Part shown: in pieces, positions 35,860 to 62,463 of the stretch
How positions within the stretch are numbered: the first letter of the stretch is position 1
How the letters are laid out: each line of letters starts with the position of its first letter
DNA from: the human T2T-CHM13v2.0 reference genome, Homo sapiens
Length of the DNA: 64,000 nucleotides
Reading direction: 5' to 3' (one strand)
Assembly: GCF_009914755.1 (NCBI RefSeq)
Contig: NC_060941.1
The notes under the pieces: generated by a model
Database searches by the model: none
What the model was told of the DNA's origin: nothing
What the model saw: the letters and a program-made list of their open reading frames with translations, nothing else
Made by a program: the position numbers and the translations under genes

Positions 35860-35956
35860 ATCCTTTTGTAGTTCATCAGTGTCATGAGTGGGTTTTCACG
35901 CACATGTGTCAAATATGCCTCCCTCAAACTGTTACGTCATTGGCATATTACCTGAC
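35860..35956 (+). pseudogene. U13 (SNORD13-like) snoRNA retro-copy, antisense in intron 3
   Basis: atccttttgtagttcat...tgttacg...ggcatattacctgac follows the U13 sequence; box C degenerate (tcatga), terminal CTGA kept. Confidence 0.8.
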
Positions 35957-36250
35957 GTGAAGATCATATGTCACCTTCCAAAGAACCCAGTGGCCAAGGA
36001 TTACCCCATCGTCTCTATCAGTGCAATTCTTTAATCACTGATATATTTGCAAAACCATGCCGAGAAGAAAATGGTAAATTACGGTTTGAATTTACATTTT
36101 TTAAATAATGAGTGACACTTTTTAAGCTGCTGGCTTCTGAGTACAGTCTGGTCCTGCCCTCTTCCATGTTCTTCTGAGTTAATTCATACATTTTCTATAC
36201 ATGATCAAATGTATATATAAACATACATAGAATAGCTAACATTTACTTGA

Positions 36251-37572
<1,322 letters not shown>

Positions 37573-38223
37573 CATCTAAGTTTTATTTTTTCTTCAAATG
37601 GCTAACTAGGTGCCCTAACTCCATCTGTTGGAAGTTCACCTTTCCATCCTGATTTATAACACTGACTTTATCTGGTACTATGTTCTCACATGTATATCGG
37701 CGTCTATGCCTGGGCTCTGTTATGTTCCACAGACCTATTTATACACATCATGAACTTCTGTTGCCATCTCCAAGTGAGTCTGTGGTGGCTTCCTTCATTT
37801 ATCCAGCAAATACTCATTGAATACCTACCATGCAACAGGCACAGTGCAGGAATGAGGAAGCAGACAAGACAGACAACACACAAGTGAATCAATAATGCTA
37901 CAACTTCAGATAACAATAAGCGCGATTTCCACCATTAAACCTGCAAAGGTGACCCTGACCAGAAGGTGGGGTAGGGGAGGTGTTAATTAGATAAAGCGGA
38001 AAGGCATCCCTCAAAGTCACATCTGAGCAGAGAATTGAATGATGAGAAACCAGCTGTGTTAAGAAGAAAGGGAATGAGGAGAAAGATCACATTCTTACGT
38101 TACAAACTCATGACTCTGTATTTTCAGAAATGAAGGCAGGGAAAAGAATTGGCTCATTTTACCAACACAACAGTTAGAAGAAATGATCAGAGTATTTTCA
38201 GGAGAACCCCCACACACACATAC

Positions 38224-38418
38224 CCTTTTCCTTTTGTACCAGCTGATCCAGAGACTCCTTCAGGACGGAAGACCGCATGGTGCACATGTTATTGCAGTGC
38301 TCCAGCATCGGGTAGGGCATCACCGCGCTGGAGAGCCGATTGCGGTGCAGGAAGCGCAGTATCATTGACGAGTGAATATCAAGGCCCTCCTTCGACTCTG
38401 AAAATATGTCTGTGAAAC
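38224..38418 (-). CDS. ZZEF1: ZZEF1 exon 3 (195 nt)
   Basis: tttag|GT..AAGG|gtatgt; FTDIFSESKEGLDIHSSMILRFLHRNRL. Confidence 0.95.
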
Positions 38419-38611
38419 CTAAACAGATGAAATCCATTTTTGGTGTTTTGGGGAAGCCACAGTAGTTTCCACATCCCCTGCCTGGTGGCCTATCTGAATT
38501 GGCTAAATTAAAAGCAGTCATTAACAATCTTCATTGATATTTTCAGTTTTAATTGTTAAAAAATCTAAGTTTTAAAGAAATGAACCAGTAGCATTCTGAA
38601 CTTAAGAATTA

Positions 38612-39025
<414 letters not shown>

Positions 39026-41332
39026 CTAATAGACATTTTTAAGGAAGTCTTGCGTATAGAATACAGGGTAGAAATAAAGTTCAGTGCATTAAGAGTAAAA
39101 TCATAACTGCTTTTACACTAAGATACTAAGACAATGATAATGACAATACAACCACTACCATTACCACAGTTTCCAACGGCATTTTACAACCAATAAGGTG
39201 CTTCCACATACATCATATCATTCCATCCTCACAGTAAGGTGAGGGGAGGCACAGAAGGTACAGCTATCCTTTTTAACAACTGAGGAAAATGAGGCTCAGG
39301 TGACACACCAAGATGTCAACTGGTAATAGGGAACCCCCCATGAGGCCATCGGTACAGGCTGGGAGAGAGAAGGCAGGGTGACGGGTGGGAACCATGGGCA
39401 TTTGAGTCACTTCCTCATGTAATTTACTTGTGCCTTCAGGACCTGCTCAAGCCCAATCACATATATACCACTTTCATTCGATGATGGAATGCTGCTGTGC
39501 ACACCCAACTTTAGGCTGGATGGGTCAGAAAGCACCCAGTTCATGACAGGCAGTTCAGGTCACACGGTAAATTGCTGACCCATAGTCCAATGTTCAGTTT
39601 CTACCAAGGCCCGGAGCTGTCTCTCAAAAGAAGAGTAGTTATCTGCAAAAGATAGTAGGGCCTTGCTCCAAAATCTTAAAGGCCTCTGCTGTGATTCACC
39701 TATGGGGGTCTGCCAAAGGCTCCAAACAGCATCCCTGTCTACCACTGACACCTCAAGCACCATCAGATCTGCTGAGTCATATGACCCAAGCGGCAGAGCA
39801 GCTTGCACAGCAGCCTGGACCTGTTTCAGAGCTACCTTCTGTCCTGGACCCCTCTCAAAACTGGCAGCCTTTCGGGTCACGGGATAAATGGGCCAGAGCA
39901 ACACACCCAAATGAGGAATGCACTGCCTCCAAAATCCAAGTTGGTCCACTAGGTGATGTACCTCTTTCTTGGTTGTAGGAGGGGCGAAATACAGCAACTT
40001 ATCCTTTATCTTAGAAAGAATATCTTCACAGCCCCACATCACTGAACCCCTAAAAATTTCACTGAGGTAGAAGGTACCTGAATTTATTTCAGACTTATTT
40101 CCCACCCCCTGGCACACAAACGTCTCACCAATAAGTCCAGTGTGTTTGCTACTTCTCACTCACTGAGTCCAATCTGCACAATGTCATCAGTGTCATGTAC
40201 CAGTGTGATATCTTGTGGAAGGGAAAGTGATCAAGATCTCTGCAAACAATATTATGACGTGAAGCTGAAGAGTTGATGTACCTGAGGTAAGACAGTGAGG
40301 GTATATTGCTGGCCTTGTCAGCTGAAGGCAAATTGCTTCTGGTGGGCCTTATGGACAGGAATGGAGAAAAGGGCATTTGCCAAATCAATGGCTGCATACC
40401 AAGTATCAGGAGATGTGTTAATTTGCTCAAGCAATGAAACCACATCTGGTACAGCAGCTACAATCGGAGTCACCACTTGGTTAAGCTTACGATAATCCAC
40501 TGACATCCTCCAATATTCATCCGTCTTCTGCACCGGCCAAATATGAGAGTTGAATGGGAACATGGTGGGAATCACCACCTTTGCATCTTTCAAGTTCTTG
40601 ATGGTGGCACCAATGTCTGCAATCCCTCCAGGAGTGCGATATTGTTTCTGATTTACTATTTTTCTAGGTAGAGCCAGCTCTGATGGCTTCCATTTGGCCT
40701 TTCCCACCGGAACAGCTCTCACCCTACTGGTCAGGAAGCCAACATGGGGATTCTGCCAGATGCTAAGTATGTCTATTCCAGTTATCCACTGCGTCCCATT
40801 CTTTCCCAATCAATGCCCTCATTTTAAAAGTAGACACCTGCTGAGACTGAGCATGCACCTTTCATTGGAGGTCAGCCACTCACATGACATGAGCTTGTGT
40901 CTGATTTTCCACAATTTCAGCCCTTTGTCTAAAGGAGGTAAGACTCTCACCCAGGGCAATCTTGGAAGATGTGAGGCTAAGTAAGCATTTCTGGAGACAG
41001 AATCCCTGAGCTCATCCTCTTCTTTCATCACTTTGTCCAGCAAACTTAGGAGCACCAACCAACTTCATTATAGTCCTTGGTTCTCCATATATGGCCAAAG
41101 GTATCATGTATAGAGTCACTAAACTTGATTCTCAAGAGAGGTGAATCGGGAATATCAAGTGCATTTATTCTGCACAACTCTCTTAACAGTTCACACCAAG
41201 GACTAACAGCATTCTCCATACTATTAGAGGTAGACTCCTTAGCATTTTTGGGTCTAATCAAATTAAACAGCCAACTCCCAAAACTACAAAACCAACTAAA
41301 GGAATCCATCCTTAAAATTCTGTTCCTCAAAG

Positions 41333-44476
<3,144 letters not shown>

Positions 44477-44523
44477 TGACCTCTTCTTATTATGCCTAAT
44501 TTATACATTAGAATTTATCATAA

Positions 44524-44526
<3 letters not shown>

Positions 44527-44565
<39 letters not shown>
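44527..44565. repeat. (TA)n microsatellite
   Basis: Direct read; inside the MER44-like element. Confidence 0.95.
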
Positions 44566-44569
<4 letters not shown>

Positions 44570-45161
44570 AAAATATATAGTATATATAGGGTTGGGTACT
44601 ATCCTTGGTTTCAGGCACCCACTGGGGGTGCTGGAACATCTCCCGCATGGGTAAGGAGGGAATACTGTAATAGCTTTCTTAAAAAACCACTAAGTGCTTA
44701 CCACATGCCAAAAAAAATGACGCAAATGTGAGGACAGAGCAGAAATAAGACAGAAGGTCCCTGCCCTCGTGGAACTATAGTACATGAGTGAAGACAAACA
44801 CTTTACTAATAATTGAATAATGAATTGATCAATTACAATGGTAATATGTTGCAAAAAAGAATGCAGGATGCTAAGAGAATGAACAGTGAAGGCCAAGGAG
44901 GGCTTCTGTAGTGAAATGAAGAGATCCAATAAGGAAAGCGGCCACGTGACAAGGGTTCATGTTATAAAACGGTAGAACTGCTTAGCCACCACCGTAGTGG
45001 GGATGAAGGAGATGACTAAAGGAAATGCTAATTCAGATCGGGAGCCTAATGAACACTGTTGGGGGAGTTTACTGCATGTGGCCACAATTTTGCCTAATTT
45101 CAATCAGTAGTATAGCAAAGTTCACTTTGGTTCTAAGACAGCACCTAGATGGAAGCCTCAC

Positions 45162-45306
45162 CTGGAACCAGAGAGCAGGCCTGTAGTTGTCTGATGATGT
45201 GGCTCAGCTCCCCCTGAAGATTAGCTCCACTGGAATTCTTGAGGGCCTCCAACATGTTCTCGGCATCAACTGTCCCATCACCCTCAGCATCAAACTGGGC
45301 AAAGGC
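45162..45306 (-). CDS. ZZEF1: ZZEF1 exon 2 (145 nt, EF-hand loop)
   Basis: ttgtag|GCC..CCAG|gtgagg; AFAQFDAEGDGTVDAENMLEALKNSSG; not in the ORF track. Confidence 0.95.
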
Positions 45307-45695
45307 CTACAAGATAAGAGATGCAAGAAAATCAGGGCTGTTTCAAGTAAACCAGGGCAGTTTCAAGTTTCTTTTATTTAAAATTCTCGAGACCGGTGAT
45401 TTATTTATTTTTGGTTGCAGAGAGAAGAGTCCATATGTATCAACCAAAGATAAATTTAGAACAGGAACTCACTGTGCTTTGTAGGATGTATGTACGCAAG
45501 TACACATCTTATTTGTATTCCAATCTATATTCCAAGAGAGTAACCATTAAGTAATCCAAGAGAGTAATTATGTAGTAAGTCTCCTCCCCACTAAATAATT
45601 TCAGAAGGAAGCAGCCACTGTAAAGTTTTTCAACTGGTTGCGAAGTGCCAGAATATAAAGAATTGGCTTAGAATAGCACCTCGACTTTAGCTGGG

Positions 45696-46010
<315 letters not shown>

Positions 46011-46149
46011 GGGCTTTTTCAACACTCTTTGGACACAAGAGCTAACTTGGTTTATCTGTTTCACAGCCCTGTTTTCACTAACCTTTAATTGTAATCTAGC
46101 TTGTCTGTTGCCCATGTTGGGCCATCTGGGGAACCTGGGACAGTAGAGA

Positions 46150-46320
46150 TTTGGTTTAAATCTGCTCTATCACTACTCTGCTATGTGACCTTACCTAAGT
46201 TTCTTTACCTCCATAAGCCACAGCTTCTTGATCTGAAAGATGCAGCGAATATTGTCAACCTCACAGGCTGCTGCCTGGATTAAGTAACATTTGAACAGAG
46301 CCCAGTACAGTGAAAAGCAC
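46150..46320 (+). mobile_element. MIR
   Basis: ctatgtgaccttacctaagttctttacctc core. Confidence 0.55.
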
Positions 46321-47197
46321 ATCGGCCCTGTAGTGTTCCCCTTCTCCTTTCTAACCTCACCCTCTGGTGTCCCTGACCCCCTTCCCTTACATCCTACAAG
46401 ACTTACCTCACTTAGCAACTGCCCTCTCTCCCCAGATTTCAAACCCTTCCTCAACAATGCCTTCTGCCCTCCTGCTGATACACTCACTCACACATCGCTC
46501 TCACCATGCAATACTTCAGGAGTCTTTAAGCCTCCTTTCCAAGTAACCCTCTCTCTTTCTTAAAACTCCTGCCCCTTGTTCTTATTTCTCTCCTCCATGA
46601 AATAGGAAAACAACCTACTGAGGTTTCATGACTAACATAAATACCCCTATTTCCATCACAGACCTCTGAACAATGCAGTGTTTAAGAGGAACAAATGCAA
46701 ATTCCTGTATTTGAGTCCAAAAACCATGGGCATAAATGCAGTAATGGGGACAGTCAGCTTAGAAGCAGCATGGAAAAGATCACAGCATTCTTTTTGCCTC
46801 TGTTCAACCTGGCAAGATTATCCAAAAAGTTAATAGGATCAAAGACTTCACTAATCAAGGTATAACATTCAAAAGGAGAGCAGGTATTATCTTTTTCCAC
46901 TCTGACTAGACCCAATCAAGAAAGGTGAGTTTGGTTTTGAAGCTACACACCAAAAAGAAATGAATGGAAGAGATCAGAGGACAGAAACCATGACAGAAAG
47001 AAGACTAGAAACTGTGCCCTGTTGGGGGAATCTTAAGTGCAGAGAAAAGAGGCCTGGGAGTCACACAGTCCTGATGAGCTATAATGGGAAGGAGGGAAGC
47101 AGCAGTTAAAATTAATGTCATTGGATAGAAGACAGAGGGAAATGCTCATGATAAAAGTGGACCTGTCTGTTGTCATGGGCATAAAGATGGGTTAGGA

Positions 47198-48553
<1,356 letters not shown>

Positions 48554-49122
48554 CTAAATGATCTTAAGGAGAAACTGGACTTTGTGTTTTGCTTTGAGGA
48601 GAAAAGGGCGACAGCAGTGTTGCATGTGTTTTTTAAAGTGTTATTTTGTAGAGATACATAATGAAATATTTATGGATGAAATGATATGATGTCAAGATTC
48701 ACTTCAAAATAATACGGATAGGGGAAGGAAAAAGCAGGGGGCGGTTTAGAACAAATTAAATTGGCCTTAAGCTGGTAATTGTTGAAACTAGCTAATTCTA
48801 CTCTTATTTCTACTTTCTTATGTTTAAAACTTTCCTATTAAAAAAAAAGCCAGATCCCCCTTCCCAATCTTGGCAGAAATCTGGGGGTGTATTCTCTCGA
48901 GAGCAGTATGGCGTGTGGACTAGAAAATACCAGGCACAACTGAAAGTGAGAATACCACACTGAGAATAGGGACACTGATGTTTACTTGCTCAATGTGTAA
49001 GACTCAATCTTCCCCCAGGTTTCCCAGAATGCTGGCAGCTAGCCCCATAGCCTCATACCCTTCAGGCAAATGACTGGAAAAGTATTCTCTGGGGAACCTG
49101 GTAAACTCAGGGAACGCACCTA

Positions 49123-52700
<3,578 letters not shown>

Positions 52701-52747
52701 AATTGTTAACTCCAAAGAAAATAAAAAGATGTATAAGAAAAAAAAAA

Positions 52748-54300
<1,553 letters not shown>

Positions 54301-54454
54301 CTACACTACCAGATAATAGCTACTTCCCAAATTGTTCACATTATAGCATACTGAGAAAATAATGATATTTGTAAGACTCAAGGTCTGAGGAGATTAGCAC
54401 AGCTATCATTCATTCAGTTGGGAACGACACACAGACTTGGAAACTATGAATCAA

Positions 54455-54640
54455 TATTTGGGCACTCGTTAAATGCCAGGCACCGAGCAGAGCATTTTAT
54501 ATACTATAATGTCATTTATTCCTCATAACAGTAACAGTACTATTAACCTCCCCGTCTTATAGTTGTACAGAGAGGTCAGGTACCTTGCCTGAGGTCACAC
54601 AGCTAGTGTTTGCATCCAAGGCTTCAGGGTTCATGTTCTT
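54455..54640 (-). mobile_element. MIR
   Basis: cagagaggtcaggtaccttgcctgaggtcacacagctagt. Confidence 0.6.
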
Positions 54641-54972
54641 CACCACAACTCCCTTCCCCTTCCTTTGACCAGATAACCCCTCGGGTTCCTTACCATCTGA
54701 AGACCAAATGCTTAAAACCTCTTAGCTCCATTACTTTCCTCCATCTATAAAAGCTGCTTTCCGCTCCTTTCGTCCAGGTGAACTCCTATCAACTCTAGAA
54801 GTGAGACTCACTCCCTCTGAATCTCAAGGTAGCACTCAAGTCCCACTTCCACCAAAACTTCCACAAATCAAGCACTCCCTGCACCTCCAACTTCCCACAC
54901 AACTCCTGCTGTGTATTGCTAATAAAAATTCTATATAACCAAGGCTATAAAAATAGTGACATTTTTGCTATC

Positions 54973-55581
54973 TTTTTTTTTTTTCTTTTTGAGACAGGGT
55001 CTTCATCTACCACCCAGGCTAGAGTGCAGTAGCGTGATCACAGCTCACTGCAGCCTTGACCTCCTAGGTTCAAGCGGTCCTCCCACCTCAGCCTCCTGAG
55101 TGGCTGGGACATGCTCAGCTAGTTTTTTATTTTTTTGTAGAAACAAAGTCTCACTATGTTACCCAGACTGGTCTCAAACTCCTGGGGTCAAGCAATCCTC
55201 CTGCCTTGGCCTCCCAGACTGCTGGATTTATCGGCATAAGCCACTGTGCCAGGCCATTTTTGCTATTTTTAATAGATTCTATTGATTCATCAATAGTTAA
55301 TGAATATGATAAAAGGGATTTTCGAATAAAACAAAAACAAATAATTTTGGCTAAGAAAAAAATTACCACAGCTTTGTGAACAGCTTCACCAAATAATTAT
55401 GTAATTTCCTAACACTCAAAAACTGACTGTCTTAAGAAAAGAAATGTTCAGGTTTGCTACCCAGGAGGCTGAGGTGGGAGGACCGCTTGAACCTAGGAGG
55501 TCAAGGCTGCAGTGAGCTGTGATCACACTACTGCACTCTAGCCTGGGTGGTAGATGAAGACCCTGTCTCAAAAAGAAAAAA
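54973..55581. mobile_element. Alu 54973-55255(-) and inverted right-arm copy 55456-55581(+)
   Basis: TSD atttttgctat on the first; see findings. Confidence 0.9.
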
Positions 55582-56444
55582 TATATATATATTTATATAT
55601 ATTTATATATATATATTTATATAATATATAATTATTATATAAATACCTGATCCTGTGTTTGGCTCTGTGGATACAAAGATGAATAGGGCACACAGTCCTT
55701 TCCCTTCAAAAACCTCACAGCCTAGAAGACAGATCTGTAAACCAACAGCAGCAATGTAATAGGTGTGACAATTACGATACGAGAACTAAGAGTATAAACT
55801 ATTTACAACAGCCAATGTTAGTGAGCACCAGGCAGAGTTCTAAGCCCTTCACATGGATCAACTTATATTTTCCACAACAACTCTAAAGGTAGGTACTACC
55901 TTTTTGCTGGTGACGAACAGAGAGGTTATTTTTTTTAAGGCATATGGTTAGTACACGATGGAGCTTGAATATGAATCCTGGACTGATTCCAGATGCCACA
56001 ATTAACCACTATACCATGGGCCAACAGACACTCCAGGGATGAGAAGTCCGAGACAGGGAGGGGCGTTAGGGGAAATGGCCCAGAAAAAAACAACCCTTAA
56101 ACTGTGCTTTAATGGGTAACTAGGAGTTTGAAAGTATATGGCGAGGGAGAGGCAATCTCAGGTAGAGGAGACAGAGTGTCAGCATACATAAAGACTGTAT
56201 GGCAGATAGTGAGAACTATGACCTGCCTGGTGTGGCTGGAAAGGAACAGGGCAGGTGATGAAGACAGGGCTAGAGGTCAGAATAAAAAGAGCCTGGCAGA
56301 CCCAGGATGAAGAGCTCAGATATTACAGTAAGGGCACCATGGGGCCACTGGAGACTATTAAGGGTGGAGGGCGCTGATCACCCCAGATCTGCATAAGCTC
56401 TCTTATGTGTGGGACCTACAAATCTCTTAAAATATGTGCCTTTG

Positions 56445-57675
<1,231 letters not shown>

Positions 57676-58581
57676 TTACAACACTTATTGAGCACTGAGC
57701 AGGTGAGCTGGTTTTATGGGTGAGGCGACTGAGACACTGTGGTCAAGTAGGTTGACCGAAGTCAGCTGGCTTGAGAATGGTGGAACTAGAACTTGCTCAC
57801 AAGCAGGCTGGCTCGAGGCCCAGTTCCCAAGCTCAGTCTGAAGAACAGCAGAATGAGCAGACTCATAACACGGCAAACCCGCTGATGCCATTACAGGCTA
57901 ATTACACACCCGTCCAGGTTGCTATGAAAGGGGTCCCTTTTCGGGGGCAGAGAGGGGGCAGCTTGCAGGCAATGAGTACCAAGGTCCCAGCTGGTTCAGA
58001 CTCTAGGCTAGGTGCTAAAGGATCATTCCCGAAACGTGCCATGCCCTCTCACTCCAGTATATCTGCATATGCTGTGCCTTTCATACGGCAAATCCCTTCC
58101 TTCCTTTGCCAGGCGAATTCTTCCAGCCTCTCAAGCCTTGTTGTGATGAAGCCTTTCTCAAACTCCATGCTGCTGGTAACTGCTTCTCTGTGGTCCCTGA
58201 AACTGGAGTGGGCTTAGGATGGAGCAGGGAGCAGACAGGAGGAGAAGGAGAGCAAAGGACAAAATTCCCACATACATGGGAAACGGGACCATAAAGTGGC
58301 TGCTTAAAAGAGCACTGGGAGACAAGGGTAGAAGGTATAAGAGTGTAAAGGCTGCTCCACCATTCAGATGTGATTCTGAAGGCAATGGGGAGCCACTGAA
58401 GTTTCTAAAGCAAGGCAGTACCATGGTGAGGTGGTATTTTGGAAATCAGGGAGAGACAAAAGAGCTGTGGCCCTTCCTCCATAGCTCCCCTAGGTCATGA
58501 ATTTCTCCAAAGAAACCAATACCATTAACTCCCCCATAGCAAAACACACAAAGCCAAAGTAAGCAAAAATAATCTCCACTC

Positions 58582-58880
<299 letters not shown>

Positions 58881-60143
58881 CTCCACTCACCAAGGATCTT
58901 TCCTGTACTGCCTCATCACCATCCACAGCCAGCCATCCCTTACCAAAGACCTCCTGTGTACAATGGTAGTGCAGGCAGGTGGCTGGCGGCCTCACAGCCT
59001 AGCTGCACAGCAAGGCCAGACAGTATGCTCTAAGTGCCAAAGGATCTGTACAGAACAGGTAACAGGAGCCTCAGCTGTAGGGCTGAAAACACCATTATGG
59101 AGACACTATCTGAATCATGCCACAGAAGATGTGGTGCTGACCAGGTGACAGTGCCAAGGTGGGGAATCTTCAAGAACTGATAGCAAGGTCCATACACAGG
59201 ACAAAGGAGGTGTCCCACTAGCCAGCACAGGGCTCATGCGGGGGTGGGGGGAAGATAAATTAGGTAAGGGAGTTAGGAACAAAGCAGGCATCCCACTAGC
59301 TAGCACAGGGCTAGCGCAGGTGGGGGAAAGGTAAATTAGCTGAGAGAGTTAGGCTGATGTGTGGGCTTCAACCGATTCAGACAAATACATATTTGGTCCC
59401 TTGGGTAGTGGAGAGCTGAGGACTCCCGGCTGAAGGCAAGAAAAGCTGGCAGCCTGCTGTTGCTTTATGGTGCACACACACAGCTCTTACAGTCAATAGT
59501 CTTAAAAGGGCAGATAATCACATCTGCAGATTCCTACGGCACAGTTCCTGGGCTCAAAGCCATTCTAAATTAGTTGATTAATACTTTTCACATAATAATA
59601 TGAAGACGAGCACAGGGCTTTTCTACAAACTTCCTGTAAACCCGAAAGTGACTAAGAACCTTTTAAAGTTTTCACAAAAATCACATTTAACCGTTTCCTT
59701 CAATGTCAAGAAATATTAAAAGGTTACAGACTGAATATAAAATATGAGGTTTGAGTGTGTGTGGACTACAACTTCTACAGTCTCCCAAAGCACCTGGGCA
59801 CTGGCAACCACCCAGGACTGTGCTAAGACGATGAACAGAGATGAATCAAAAAGGCCCTTCCCTTAGAGCTTACCACCCCACGAATTTCACAAAGTAGGCA
59901 CCAAAACTATGTGGCAAATTAATAAAACACAACCTATTCATATGAAATTTCACTTTAGGGCCATCTGTTATCCTGTACTCAGCACGTTTTTCTGCCCTAG
60001 AAGATTTTCTAGAATCATACTCTAAGAGCATAAATATCTAATCTATAACCTCTGATGTGAAATAAGAACTTAATTTTAATTCTATTTCCCCTCTACATGG
60101 CAGTTAATTAAATATTGCTCCTTGTGAGCAAACTGAGAGAGTC

Positions 60144-60630
60144 CCTTCTCCCTGGACCACACCTACCATGAGAAAAGGTGTGTTGTACTATAAAATGATA
60201 ATGTTTCAGACTTTGGTCCATGGTCCAACTCCAAGAACTTCTTTATAACAACTCCTCAAGTAACTGAGGTCACAGGAATGTGAAAGCAAGACAGCTGCGT
60301 GGACACCAATGGCAGCTAAGTTAGGAAGCCAAAGAAGAAACATGTAACACTTGGAAACTCTCAGCATTATAATAAACCATGCGCACCTTCTCCCTGGACC
60401 ACACCTACCATGAGAAAAGGTGTGTTGTACTATAAAATGATAATGTTTCAGACTTTGGTCCATGGTCCAACTCCAAGAACTTCTTTATAACACCTCCTCA
60501 AATAACTGAGGTCACAGGAATGTGAAAGCAAGACAGCTGCGTGGACACCAATGGCAGCGTAAGTTGGGAAGCCAAAGAAGAAACATGTAACACTTGGAAA
60601 CTCTCAGCATTATAATAAACCATGCGCACC
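60144..60630. repeat. 242-bp tandem duplication of unique sequence
   Basis: Copies start at 60144 and 60386; 3 substitutions and 1 indel. Confidence 0.95.
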
Positions 60631-61084
60631 CGTGGCTATCTGTTTTACCATGTTAGCTCTTATAAAAACGAATGACGGAAACAACTTGTCATTTTAGTTG
60701 CTACTATAAAGACATTACTTCACAAGCCCTTCATCTTGCAGTAAAATACAGCAGTATATTCTCAAAAGCTTAGACGTAGATTAACAACGCAGAATTAACT
60801 GTGTAAGTATGCACAAAAGTATATACTTATTCAAGTCTAAGGATAGACATTCTTAAAGCACAGAATCAAATGCATGGCTAAATCTTATCTTCTTTGGCTA
60901 GTCCTAACTTACTAGTTCTTACAGACAGAGCAGCCATCACAAGATTATCATGAGAGACGGTGGCCACTGTGAGATTATCACAATCAGGTTTTTAAACCTT
61001 GGCTAAGCCTCACTCACAGAACTGTATGACCTAGCTATGTGAATCAAAGACTGCCAAATATAACTCAATGTTTTCTCTCCCCTT

Positions 61085-61500
61085 CCTCAATAATTAAGCC
61101 CTGAGTTTTAGCTGAATATATGGCCACGGAAAAAGAATCTTTCCCAGCCTGTCCTGCAGGTAACTGCGGCCATGTGACTGAATTTTGGCCTGTGGGATGT
61201 AAGCTATGCCTGTAAGAGAGTGGGCATGGCTTCTTCCTTCTCCTTCCCTTTTCCCTTTCTTGCTTGTTGGAATGTGGAAAATGACAGCAGGAGTCAACAG
61301 AATTACTAAGTGGAAGATGTCCGTGGAGGATGACAGCACAAGATGGACGAAGCCAGGTCCCTGATGATGACAACACTGCCACATCAATCTTGGACTGCCT
61401 ACCTGGACATTTTCATAAGGAAGCAGCTTCTTTTTATGTTTAAACCACTGATGCATTAGGTTTTCTGTCCCTTGAAAAAGTTTTGTGTATCCCTAATACA
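61085..61500 (+). mobile_element. MLT1-like MaLR LTR
   Basis: ttcccagcc..ggccatgtgactga.ttttggcc, aaaccactg near the end. Confidence 0.6.
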
Positions 61501-62157
61501 CCACACCAGACTTCTTCCAGATTCTCTGGACTTTGGACTTTTGTGGATACAATTTCCTCTGCCTGAAACGCTGTTACTACCTCCTGTAACACTATCTGCT
61601 TTCACCATTCACCTGTGGGCTGAAATGTTACCTTCTCAGGTAAGTCTTGCTTGAGCCCCAAGTGAGGTTAAATACACTTGCTATTTATTCCTTATACCTT
61701 CCCCCTCGGTTAACACTCACCATATCTTATAATTAATGGGTTAATACCTGTCTCTTCCACCACAACTACATACTCTTTAAGAGCAAGTATCTGCTTTGTC
61801 CACTGTCATCCAAGTGAGTGGCACTCGATATACGCCCAATAAACATTTGCTCAGTGAACAATAATGCCACAACCCCTGAGTGATTTCTGGACCACACCTC
61901 AAGTATTTCTTGACCTTCTATTAAGGGACTCCTATGAACTCTACATAAAGTTCTATTTCTGTCAGAAACTCTCAGAATGTAAACGGTGTTTCTCTCCATT
62001 TGCCTTTGCTCAAATCTGCAAAGTGCCATCTCCTTCAACAGTTCTGCATGGTTCTTCCCACTACTACTTCATATTCTCATAATACGCGTAGATACTAGAA
62101 AGAAGGTACTATGTGTATTCCTGGGGGGAAAAAAAAAGGAGATCTTTCACTAACTAA

Positions 62158-62463
<306 letters not shown>

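Noticed and set aside
39560-40809. RT-like ORFs as a domesticated or active reverse transcriptase
   Set aside because: Split by stops and frameshifts, YxDD mutated, no integrase or 3' LTR
57771-58500. 148-aa and neighbouring ORFs in intron 1
   Set aside because: No recognisable domain or splice context; the sequence looks like decayed MIR/L2 and unique DNA
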